From Hormiphora californensis (lineage: Eukaryota; Animalia; Ctenophora), in the NCBI GenBank assembly GCA_020137815.1, contig CM035356.1, positions 372,001 through 436,000 on the forward strand: DNA of 64,000 nucleotides. Direction: 5' to 3'. The translations under genes were made by a program, and so were the position numbers. Below are positions 40,957 to 53,800 of this stretch, piece by piece. Position 1 is the first letter of the stretch. The number at the start of each line of letters is the position of its first letter. Below the pieces are notes generated by a model. The model was given only the letters and a program-made list of their open reading frames with translations. It searched no databases and was not told where the DNA came from.

Positions 40957-41801
40957 GTAGAAGACGCCTCCCACCGAGAGTGCTCAACTGGTTACCCAAG
41001 AGCGAAAAACCATTTGAATCGTTTCCCTTTGTATGTAGTGAGACACAGGTCATGTTACTCAGGGGCGCTGTTATCAGATAGAGAGAGGTAACATTTCCTA
41101 GTACATAACATTAACAAAAGAAACCCAAAAGCAAAACTGCCACTTTTGACTTCTTTATTATAGCTTTATTATACCATATGCCGATATTTCTTTTAAACCC
41201 CGTGTGTGTGCGTCAGTGAATATGTTCTGAGCATATTTAATATGAGGCCGGGGGACCCTCTCTTCTCTTCTTCCTCCTCGAGTATAAACTTAATTAACCC
41301 CGTAGGCCATATCATATTACTTTTACCGGCCTTCGCATATTACCCGGGAGAGAGGGTAGAAAATGTAATTTTATTTTCCAGGCGGAGACCCCTAAAACAG
41401 GCACATTGTTCATTAAACAAGTTGCGGTAGTGGTGGGAATAACTTTCGGCCAGGTAGGAGGGTTCTACGGAATATTGTGTTGCTCTTTGTTACAATTCCG
41501 TGAGGACTGAGGAGGGTTTTTTTTTGTTATATTACGGAAATATATTATCTTTATGTTCAGATACATCACCACATATAATAACAAGCATTATGTCTTTCTA
41601 TTTTCCTTGAATTCAGGTGTTTTCCAGGAACCTGATTATTCTCGGCAAGTGTGATTCACGTGTATCATACATACTTCAAATTCCTCTGTAATGCATAATT
41701 TTACTCTAATTTTACCGGTGGCCACATTTCTTTATTACGCCATATAGGAACGTTCAGGGAAGATGTAAGAAGTATTGCGTTTCCAAGCTACTACCTGTCG
41801 C

Positions 41802-41837
<36 letters not shown>

Positions 41838-43547
41838 CGACGCAAAGCGAAAGGAGCATTTTTCTTTTGAAACACATAGCAATTATCCCGCCAGTAATAT
41901 ATTCAGGGAGGGGGATCACGTGATACTCTCTTCCGCATAAAGCAGGTGCACCCATTGGCCCGGTGTGAGCAAAAAGGGAGAGAATTCATTATATGAGAGA
42001 AGAGGAGAGAGGGAGAGAGAGAGAGGGAGAGAGAGAGAGAGAGACCGAGAGAGAGAGAGAGAGAGAAAGTTAGAGAGAGAGAGGGAGAGAGAGAGAGAGA
42101 GAAAGTTAGAGAGAAAGAGAGAATGAGGAAGAGAGAATGAGGAAGAGAGAGAGAGAGATGTGAGCAGTATTGAATTAGACCAGAAAAAGAAAGTAAGAAA
42201 GCGAGAGAGAGAAAGCGGGAGAGACAGAGAGAAAATACAATTATTAGGAAAAGCGAAAGTGGACATGGAAGTGCACGTGTGTGTGGTAGCGGCCGTGTTA
42301 ATGAGTTTCAAAAGTTGCAAGGAGAGAAACACACGAAGCACATATATTTCCAAAAGGCGGAAGAGAGAGAAATATAAAAAATATTCTTAAGAACAGAAAT
42401 TTACAACACACACACTTACAAACGAACACACAAACTCTCTGGTTCAATCAGTGCAGGGCCGGTGTATTGGTATGCAATAATTCGGTCACTGGATTCATTC
42501 TCTCAATATGCAAAAGCCTTACCCGCCCAGCAATCACTTCACCGACAGAAGATTCAATCAACAATTTCCGATCCTTATATTGATTTTATGGTTACACAAG
42601 AAAGTAATTAGCACTGTTTTTAAGACACATTTTATAGGAGTTAATTCTTGATATACAGAAATTGTTAACTAATCCTCAGGCCGGAAAGCAATTGACTGAG
42701 AAGGTCTCAGCTTCTTCTTAAAAATACAAAACAAGCATAATTGTAAGGGTAACCGAAATATATGGGATGAGTGCACTGGGAGGGAACCCTCGCACACCCG
42801 TCACACAATTCCAGTTCTTCCCTTCTTAGAGGTTCTTCTCGATGAGCTCTGGTTATATATATTATATAACGACATTATATTATGTACCACAAAAGGGTCT
42901 TATGTATATTGTGTGCATGTGTGGGTAAATAATTGTGCACTGTTCACAGTTGTTTGATGAACACGTACACAGATTTATCAAACCTAGGCATAATCCCTGC
43001 CTGGTATATATACCTACACACACAAACACACACGATAATTATAGTATACAGTGTGTATATATATCGCGTATATATATATTTATGAATATTATATTTATAA
43101 TCAAGATATCACAATGGAGATATCCTCGACACAACAAAGCTTCGGTAGGTGACCCTAATTGGAACGTACAGACCCGGACCGGGCATGATGCGACTCGGGA
43201 AAGCCTGTACGTGGTCATGTTGTAGCTCTCTTAAAAACAGCTCGCACCCTCCACCTCCCTGCACCCAGATCTAGCAGACATATGGAGCACCAGATATAGC
43301 TAGTAGGACTCTGGGTCGGGAGGAGAGGGGCGAGCTTTATATATGTCCAATGTTCACAGGGTGACATTGTTACAGGGGAAAGGGGGGACCAACACACACA
43401 CACAAACATGGGTACGCAATCGTTTCGTACTTAGCAGTTATAACTATACCGCTGGGCTGTTCACAGTTCGGAGAATCTTCTGTCTCACAGTCACACACTG
43501 TGATGTATTGTTCTCTTGGTTTAGTGAATGTTGGATATGGTAGGATA

Positions 43548-46243
43548 TTAGGCGGAGTTCATGGAGAGAACCTTCTCCTGATCCTCCGTGGTGCTGGTGG
43601 GAGCGGGAAGTTGCCAGTGATGCGGCACCGCCATGTAAGAAGTGTCCATCTTCTCCGGCGATGCTCTCTTCTCATCCTTCATCCCGTTCACAACATTGAA
43701 TATACCCCACTTGGCCCTATCCTGCATATCAGAGGGCATCTTCTCAAGCTCTACTCCTATGTAGGTTAGGAAGGAGGAGAGAGTATAGTCCCCAATACTG
43801 CTCCCTACAGAGCTGGGGGGACTGAGGGGCTCAGAGAACTTCCTCCTCTCAAGAAGGTCCTGGAGGTCCCGCACCTTCCTGCTCATCTCGTCGGTCTTGT
43901 TGGCATCTTGAGGAGGGGTATCAGGAGCAGAGGATGGGGAGGAGATGGAGGGAGGGGATGAAAGAGGGGAGGCTCTTTTCCGGGGCACCAATGATTCCTC
44001 TCGAGGTGGGGTCATCTTTGGGTCACTATCCTCTCCCGATGATTGCAGCTCTCTTTTAACCTGCTCCTTCATGGGTGATCTACTACACACAATATCATCC
44101 TCCAGGTCATGTTCCAAGTTCAGCTCCTTTATCTCGGACTGTGTTAGGGACCGGCTGGCCTTTATCATTAAACTGGGCCTCTTGGGAGAGGGGGCAATGA
44201 GCCCTGGATGAGGTGATGTTGGGGATGTGGGACTGGATTGTAGGATGAGATTCAGACTCTTTAGATCAAGTCCATTGAAGGGAGACTCTGTGCTGCTCAC
44301 TGTGGGCGGTCTCAATGTGGGCTCCACGGGCAGCTGGGGCTTCCTCTTCGCCAGGAACGTGGGAGGGGGAGAGTTGTCAGGGTAGCTGCTGCTGTAGGAC
44401 ACTAACATTGGCTGACCAACCGTCGTTTTTATGAGCTGAGGGGGAGAAAAGATGGGGAGTGTTAATAACAACAACAACAACACGCGTCACAAATCGGACA
44501 GACATACACTTAAATGGATGACGTCAGCATTGCTCTCTCTCTATCGATTAGGATAAGGACTATATGGCCTAACAGCAGCCTAGTTGTGTGTACACTTGAC
44601 CAGAGTGGAAGACATAATATAGACAGACATACCATTTAACAAACATATTACAGACAGACAGACGCCACATAACAAACTAGATTACAGACATACAGGCAGG
44701 CCACATAACAAACATAATACGTTGCACATGGTAAAGTGAACATGAAGGTCTTCGTAGCGGTCCAATTACGGACCGCACACAACAACATGTGTAGTTACAA
44801 GTTACACATGCTGCAGTGGTCATATATTTTAAGTGACCTCGCGGCAATGCTTTACACGCACCGAAATGTCTGCTCTCTCTTTTTTCACTTTTATACCTTT
44901 TGACGTCACACATAAATAGCAGACATAAACAGCTCTATACAAGTGTGTGGGAGACATAAACAGCTCTATACAAGTGTGTGGGAGACATAAACAGCTCTAT
45001 ACAAGTGTGTGGGAAATATGAGATCAGCTAGCCCACAACAGCAGGGCAGGGGGCTAGGCAGGGGACTGGGCATAATACAGCAGAAGTAGAAATGAACAGC
45101 AGGGCCCAGGGAGGCGTGCTATAGTGGATGGGGGATATGTAATGAATTGTCAGGCACTGACTGTAACATCTCGCACGCGGGGATCACTCTCACAGAGATT
45201 AGTGGGGGATCACTCTCATTCAGAGATTAGTGGGGGTCACACTCGTCCTTACCTGGTTGTTATGAGAGAAGGGTTTATTAATAAGGATAGTTGGTTGCCC
45301 CGTTTTTATTGAACCACCAATGGACATCTCATCCACCTTCTCTGTTTTCATCTGGAGACCGTGTTGTTGTTGTCCCGTGTAGAACGATGCGAAACTGTGG
45401 GCTCTGCAGAGTTGTCCGTTAGACAGGGGTAGTGTTCGGTACAATGGAAACACTGACACACACTCTTAGGTCTCTTTCAATTAGAGACTCTCTACCTTTC
45501 AATTAGACAGACGTCAGACAATAAATTATGGAGAAAGATAAATAGTCGAAGCGAGAAAGATACAGGGAGAAATATTTCGAAATGTCTGACGTGTAGTTGA
45601 TTAGAAATGTTTCTGTTCAAGGACCCTCGAATTAATCTCAGTAAATCAAAGTAGAAAGAGATGTGAGCGTGTAAGTAATCAGGGGGAATGATGAGAGAAT
45701 TATACTGCGGCGTAATTTCTGGCATTTATTATCTTAAATAAATCGTAAATATAATACGAGCGATAATTAGGTCTTTCGACATATAGATCGAAAAAGAATG
45801 CTTTCCTATTACCGAAACAGGTATCCCTCTTTCACCCTCTTTTATTCTCTTGCCATTCCCAGTATGTACAACATGTAAGCATATCCAGCTTTTTCTTTTC
45901 CCTATCCATCTCTTTTCCTACCCATCTCTTTTCCTACCCATCTCTCTCAAGACTCAAAGATTGAGAAATACATACAGTGCCCCGCTCAGTGGTACAGTAA
46001 AAACATACATACTCGATTTAACAGGCATGCCGGTAGATAGGGAAATACCCTGGTAAATCTAATGACACGATATAAACACACAATACACAGACAAATTCAC
46101 TGACAGATTAACTTACATAGGGGGTCCAGGGGGTTGTGGCCTGTAAAACGGGGAAGGATGGGTTAGTTTGGTGAATGGGTAGTCTGGGTTAGATTATAGC
46201 TTCTCAAACAGAATTGAGGACTTCACCAGCTACATTGTGGCAT
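43548..46243 (-). CDS. About 359-aa Ser/Pro-rich protein with a C-terminal BESS-like motif (putative transcriptional cofactor)
   Basis: Phase-consistent exons 46243-46227, 46140-46117 (24-nt microexon), 45403-45253 and 44435-43548. The segment SSFLTYIGVELEKMPSDMQDRAKWGIFNVV resembles BESS. The 5' exons are tentative. Confidence 0.65.
44922..45013. repeat. 31-bp tandem repeat x3 (intronic)
   Basis: GACATAAACAGCTCTATACAAGTGTGTGGGA repeated. Confidence 0.9.
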
Positions 46244-46629
46244 ATATCCTGGTTTGTTTGTTTGTTTGTGATTGCTGCGTTTGGAGGATACCCTGGTAAA
46301 CCCACAGACTGGTATTGTCTCAATTGTAGGGCCCTTTTAAGTGCAGTCTCTACTTACTGTCTTTTAACGTGCCTTTTAAATTGATAGTATTTCCATTCGT
46401 CAACTTCATTTCTATTGCCATACATAGCAGGATCAGCTCTTTCGATCTCTCCACTCGTCACCTTACTATTGAGGCAAGACCTGCAAGATCAATAATAATT
46501 AAACCCACAAAATGTTTCGTTTTGTCGATAACTGTGAGGAGAAAGAAATGGTCTCATTATAATACATGTTGTAATAGATGTGAAATAAGTTATTTTGAAA
46601 ATTGAGTGCCCACCTGGCCCCTATTGGAT

Positions 46630-46708
<79 letters not shown>
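46630..46708. repeat. (GA)n microsatellite
   Basis: Direct reading. Confidence 0.95.
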
Positions 46709-46712
<4 letters not shown>

Positions 46713-47147
46713 GGTACAAGTAGTATAAAATGAGGGTATATAAGATTGAAAGAAGGAGGAAAAGAAGGGAATCACACGATGATAGACATGATAGTGACAC
46801 GTGAGAAATATATCAGTCACATACCCTTTCTCTCTCTCTCTCTATCGCTCTCTCCCTCTCTCCCTATGGCCAATTCTCTGCCTCATTCTCTCGCCTTCTA
46901 TTATTCTCCCTCAATACTCTGCCATTCTCTCGGCAACATCAGATTTTAATTTTGAGATAACAAAGGGGAGATAAAGATGACACGGAGAGAGAGAAATAAG
47001 GGGAGAAGGGATAGAAAACTAGGGGAGAAAAGTCGGGAACGTCAGTTCTGCCTAAAAATGATGTTATACCCGTGATATGTGATAGGGAGAACTCTGCAAC
47101 GCAACATTTTAGAAGAATCCGAAAGAGAAAAGGAGAAAGCGGTAGTT

Positions 47148-47154
<7 letters not shown>

Positions 47155-47226
<72 letters not shown>
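47155..47226. repeat. (GA)n microsatellite
   Basis: Direct reading. Confidence 0.95.
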
Positions 47227-47229
<3 letters not shown>

Positions 47230-47745
47230 ACGGTAGCATGAGAAAATCGTTATATTTAAAACATAAAATGAAAGTGAGAGAATCGGTGAGATCAGAAGTC
47301 TACCGAGAAAGGTAAAGGAGAGAACAAAAGTGAAATATGAAAAAGAGGGCCGAGAGATGAAGGTGATGAATTATAAGAAGGATAGAAGACACGCATATAA
47401 TATATCATAATTCTCTCTCTCTATCTTTCTCTATCTCTCTCTCTCTCTCACATTCATATTATGCATAGGGAATTCTAGAAAGCGAAAGCAGGAGTTATTA
47501 GCTGACACATATTCATACTGTGTATGAGAGCTATGCATCATACACCCACACACAGAGAGAGTGTATAACATGTCAGCTGGTGCAATACACACGGACAAAC
47601 TTTATTTTAATGAATGTCTGTTTTGGGAATTATCCTGGCTAATGTCTAGGCGTGCATATTTTAATGAACAAACTCAAAAAGGTGCTAGTTGCACCATCTG
47701 TTCACCACCAGATCAAACACATAACCCCGCATACAGACAGAGAGA

Positions 47746-48000
<255 letters not shown>

Positions 48001-50416
48001 TGTAAACTCAATATTATGTGCATATTATGTGCCCAGGATTCTCTCACAGTCCAATCACCTAACTGTGTTCCCCAAAACCTTGATTAGTACAACTGCCCCC
48101 AGCTACCTCTCTCACAGAGGAGGGTGTAAACGAAGATCAAGAAAAGACACGGTGAATAGTAAGGGGTATGTCGAGTTTTGTTTACATAATGAGGACGAAT
48201 ACTGAGAAACGCGAGAAATACCGAGAAAAAAGGAAGGAAAAAGGAAATTAAATTTATACTGACGGAAAAAGAGGGAAGCCTGAGTCCTGACCTGCTTTCG
48301 TAATTTGGAGCAATAGGGATCAGGCATTGGTGGGGCGGCGGGAGACAAGTCCCGAGTTCATTAAAACTGTGCATTCGTTAATATAAGAACGATGAAGTCA
48401 TAAAAATGAGGGAAGAAGGGAGAAATGTCAAAAAAGAAAGCGATAGTAGGTAGAGTAGATTTCTGGATACCTCCGTGTCACATTACACATCACACCAAAC
48501 ATAAACCACGTACAAAGATTTTTGTTGTTTAGTAACGAGGTACATGTTATCAAGACAAAATATTAGAAAGTTATCTCCCAGTCTCAGAGAATTAGAAATA
48601 TGAGAAAGAGACACCCGGAAACCGAAAGGTCGAATGAGTCATGTCTGTATAATAGGTTTACCTACTGTAATTACATCAGTTATGGGGTGAGTAATAAAAC
48701 TGGAGATGACATCATGCCGGGATCGGAGGGGGAGGAGGCCAAAAGAGACTGAAAATAAATATAATCTCCTGGAATAGTAAACAAGTATTGTGCTGGTCAT
48801 TCACGCCAGACGTTACTCTTTAATTTCTTATCGAATTATGCCATGCTGGATTCGACCCAATGTTCGGATAACTTTGTAACCTAAATACCTCCTACTGCAG
48901 GAGATAACTCACTGCAACTCTTTACTCTCTATATTTATTTAGGCTACAGAATTATGAACACCTCATATTTTGAACAAGGTACATGAGGCTATCAGGGGAT
49001 TCTGTTCGCTTAATCAATGGTACCCTGTCTATTCAACCAAGAGTTGCAGCCAAACATAATGCATTTAGCAAGTACTGCTGCGTTGATAGAGTTAGGGAAT
49101 ACACATCTACCTTGCCTGCATATTCCCTAGTTTTTGTTTACATTAAATGAAACATTTATGCGGCTCGGAAACTAAGATTCACTGATTCGTGGGTTTTCAC
49201 ACTGGGTTTCTAAGGTAGCGTTGAAAAACCAAGCGTCATGAATGTAATCATATGAATGATTGAGGTGTGTTCATGTATTTCAGACAATAGCCACCAACAA
49301 CAGAAGATCATACCATCCCCTACAGGCTACTACTATTACCTACAAATACAAAAACAAACTCACCACATATAACCGTCTATACCAACATGCGACTCTTTTA
49401 ATAGGACTTGGACTGTCAAAATCTTATAAGATCAGGTCCCTGGATTCTGAACTGGGTCCCTCACGACGGGGTTGCGCCTTGCGGCGCTCCTGGACTATGT
49501 AAATGTAAATTATGCACTTAATATCCCACTCAATAGTGAATCTCTCACACTATAGACATATACAAATAAGTCATATATATCCTACAAGGCTGAGAGGCTT
49601 AGAGCTTCAGCAGTTACCTAAAGCAGTTACCTATGGAGCCCGACCCCGCCGGCCACCAAGTCTTTACCCCGACGTACAAATACTCTATAAAATGGAATAC
49701 CAGTCCCAAAATTATGTAAACACAATACATAAATGAATTTAAAGCACCTCCTCCAACCTCACTCCTCAGGACAACGTGATTTTGATTTTTGAATTTTTGT
49801 TGCACCAACAAATAAAATTAAAATCAGTTTTGTAAAAATTTTGAAAGCGAGCGCCGCGCAGCAGTTGTTTCTAAATGTTGCGCGGCGGAGTATCTTATTA
49901 ACTTAACCAATGTTCGCGTGCTACTTTACTCACTTTAAATCGTATTCCTGGTGAAATTAAAACACATTTCTTGACTTTGGTAAAAGATGCTTCAATTGTG
50001 AACAAGATACTAATGGTGTAAAACAATAGTTATTCGCTCTCTTCATCATATCTACATTCTACCCACATGTGGCCATATAATACTGAGTCTGACACAGTCA
50101 TACGATAATCATAATTACTAGCCCTGTAAATGTTTCGTTTACCAAAACAAAATCCCACTAACTCACATACAATTACAAATCACGATCATAATCAATTTCT
50201 TCTTCAAGAACAGCACAAAAACTCACAAAAAGTCGACCTCTTTCTGATACAAAAAAAAAACGAAAGGAAAATACATTGTCAAAATATTCTGAACCCAAGT
50301 TATACAACTAATCATAATCATTTCTATATATCAGTATCATTTATCATGTAGGCCTTGGAAACTACCAGCCTCACGAGTAAAATATATCCCTTGGCTTAGG
50401 AGTGTAGAGAATTAAA

Positions 50417-50520
50417 GTGAGAGTGGACCGAAATAGAATTGGACACGGTTGTTGTAGGAGTAGCTTAGAGAATAGTTCTCCGAAACAACAGTGTCCAATT
50501 CTGTTTCGGTCCACTCTCAC
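50417..50520. repeat. 104-bp hairpin (37-bp arms, 2 mismatches) downstream of the MLK stop codon
   Basis: GTGAGAGTGGACCGAAATAGAATTGGACAC... / ...GTGTCCAATTCTGTTTCGGTCCACTCTCAC. Confidence 0.8.
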
Positions 50521-50832
50521 GCTACTGTAAAGTCCATTTTTCTCAACCGTGTACCCCTTTTAGTGCGTTGATTTTTTGCACGTCTACCAAGTGGTGCACG
50601 CGTCAAAAATGATAAATATCACACGCACACGAGTTTGGGGCGAACAGTTGAAAAAAGGACTGTAGAGAAGGAAAATTGATTAATGTGTAGATACGAAAAC
50701 AATGTATAACCAGCTACAGATGTTACAGCTGCATGGGGGGCATGTTCCTGGAGGAGCTGCTTTATTACTACCCCAATTAATCTAACACACAAGAAAGGTA
50801 AAATTGCTAAATCAACTATAAAAATCACATGA

Positions 50833-53800
50833 TCAACGAGTGTCTTTGTTGGGACTGGGTGAGGCTGCTATTATATTAACCGAAGGGGTTGTAACAGATG
50901 GGACAGGGGTTATAACAGCAGGAACAGGGGTTGTAACAGAGGGGGCAGGGGTTGTTACAGCAGAGCTCTCTGAGCTTGTCACAGACGCCTCAAAAGGAAC
51001 ATCATCGTCCATACCCCACGATTTAGACCTACTGTGCCCCTTTTTCTTCTTCTTCTTGCCCTTCCCGAAACTGGGAAGTTTGTTGAACAGGGATGATTTG
51101 GGAGTGGTGGCGAGACTGAGGGGATCTGTAACTGGAAGTGGTGTGGTGATAGTGTTGTTGTCGCTCTGCAGACCCCAAGACCTTGTTCGGCGGTGTGTCT
51201 TCCTGGGTATCGAGGATTCCGGGGCTGGAAGTTCCAAGTTAGGAATCTGGGGGGGGGGGGAGATAATCAAAACGTGTATAATACGTGTATGAAACGTGTG
51301 TAAAACGTGAATAGAACTGTTGTTATATCCCATTTTCCTATCAAGTATCCTACCTCAGAGGCGTCGTAATAAAACTGAGAAAGTTGTTTTTGGGGCCCCG
51401 AACTACGCCGAGTAAGCTTGGAGAAATCCAGGAATTCTAGCAAGGTGTTACTTGTTGTATCAGGCTCTGAAAATAAAGGTGTGTCATTGGATGTATTATA
51501 CAAATTACTCCTAGCATACAAAGTTGAGCTGTTACCGAAAAATGTTGTTGAAAAAGGTCGTTTTAAGGTTGAGTTAGTATCGTCTGTCAGTGTTGTCTCG
51601 ATGTATGTAAGAGTTGTGTCACTGTCTTCCCCGCTACACTGCTCTGTCTCTGTTACAGCAGGCGACCTGTTTCTACGCCGAGTATTGTACCACGCTCGTT
51701 TCCCTGTTGTTGAAGTGGTGTTATTGTCTGTCGTAAAATGTACAAATTCGTATTTTTTACCTGGTGTACCCCCTTCATCAGTCTTCTTTTTGCCACCCTC
51801 CCTACCAGATTTAGAGGAGGTAGGAGAAGCAGTGGAGTCCAAACTTGGTTTCTTGCGTCGTGCAAACATATTCTTATCGCTGTTGTGCCGCCGAGTCCTG
51901 GAAATAATTGTTACAATAATCCCCCGAGTCCTGGAAATAATTGTTACAATAATCCCCCGAGTCCTGGAAATAATTGTTACAATAATCACCCAAATGGTGG
52001 CTCGACCCTCTCTCCTTGCGAACAGAACACTAATCCAATATGATCTCCCCCCACTATAGTTCTACTTACTGTTCCTCTTTCTGCGACTGTGACTGTTGAA
52101 GGGGAGGTGGCTGGTGGGCGGATACCGTAGTAACCGATCTATCTCTATTATAATTCTGCAGCGGGCTGGGAGCACTCATACTGTCCTGAATGAGTTTCAT
52201 CATGGCTAACTTGTCATTCTCTTCTGGTCTATTGGGGTAGTGAAATAGGTGCTGGAAATTTTCTGGCTCAGAAATATCAACACTGTGCATCTTTCGGTTT
52301 AACTTTCGACTCCTGTGGGGAAGATACTGTCACTTTCTTTATTTCAGACACTAAATATGGCAAGAATGGAATCTAGCACCTTCATGCATGTAGGGGAGGT
52401 TTTGAAGTTGTGGGGACCACGTGACCACTGACCAGTCACGTGATATGACAAGAGCGTGCGAGAACTGTGGTCAGAGCACTGGCCTGACAGAGTTAGGGCC
52501 TTTCTTAACGAGACAAAAACTACAATTGCACCCTGCAATTGCACCCTGCAATTGCAGGGTGCAATCCACTTTCTGTCTCGTTAAGAAAGATGTTTGCACC
52601 CTGTAGGGGTGTAACAGGAGGACCTATTACACCCTGCAATTGCACCCTACAACTCTCGTTAAGAAAGAAAGTTGTAGGGTGCAATTGCACCCTTCACACG
52701 TGACCCAGTCACGTGCACAATGAACGTGGGAAGTTGAGGGGTAGTGAAACATGAAACCCAGTTTACGGGGCATTGTTTATCATCACCTATTGGCATTGAT
52801 ACACACAGCATTACCACATCAACATGGCACGTGACTGGGTCACGTGTGAAGCATGCAATTGCACCCTGTAAACTTCTTTCTTAACGAAGGTTTGCAGGGT
52901 GCAATTGCAGGGTGCAATTGCAGGGTGCAAACTCTCGTTAAGAAAGAAGTTTGTAGGGTGCAATTGCAGGGTGCAATTGCAGGGTGCAATTGCAGGGTGC
53001 AGCTCGTTAAGAAAGGCCCTAAGACCGGAGTGGGAGAGAAAGGGTGGGAGAGAGACATTTATCGGTGAGATAAGAGGGTCATCAGTGAGACGAGAGTGGT
53101 AGAAATCAAGAATAGTTTGCCAGGAAGAGAGAGCAAGGTATATACGATATTAGGGAGGATAGAAAAGGTCTACCCCGATAACCGAAGCCGTTCCCATGCT
53201 CGCAAGATAAGCGAGAAGCCTAGCGAAAACCAATGTAAGGTAGTGAAATTCAATGATTGGGGATCCAAACATCCAATTTTGTATGGGCAGCCGAAAAAGT
53301 TGCGGGGGCCATAGCCTACGTGGCCCCCGCGTCCCCTACATGCGTGAGCACCTTACATTGGTTTTGGGGTCCCAGTGTTTTTCTTGCTAAAATGTTGCAT
53401 GGCTAGTCTCAGCATCATATTATACATCTCATCTTTCTGTAGCTCAAAACTCTCCTTCTCCTCCTGAAATGTCCGGGCATTATTCTCCAACTCCGCCTCT
53501 CTGATCGCTAGACGGTGCTCCTTCTCCATTAGCTCCTGTGCCACGTGGGCCAGCTCATCCTGCCACTCAATCCTGGGGGATAGGGGAGTTTTAGAGGGAG
53601 ACATTGGTGATAATGGATACAGTAAGGTAAGGATTATTAAGAAAACCACCTCCCAACCACCTACCTCATGGTATTGAGATCTTGGTCATTGAGGTGTACA
53701 AACTCGCTAGATTCTATACTGACTAGCTCCTTTATGAGATCCGAGGCAGAAGGTCGGATCTTCTTATCGTACTGCAAGATCTCTGAAATATAAAAATTGG

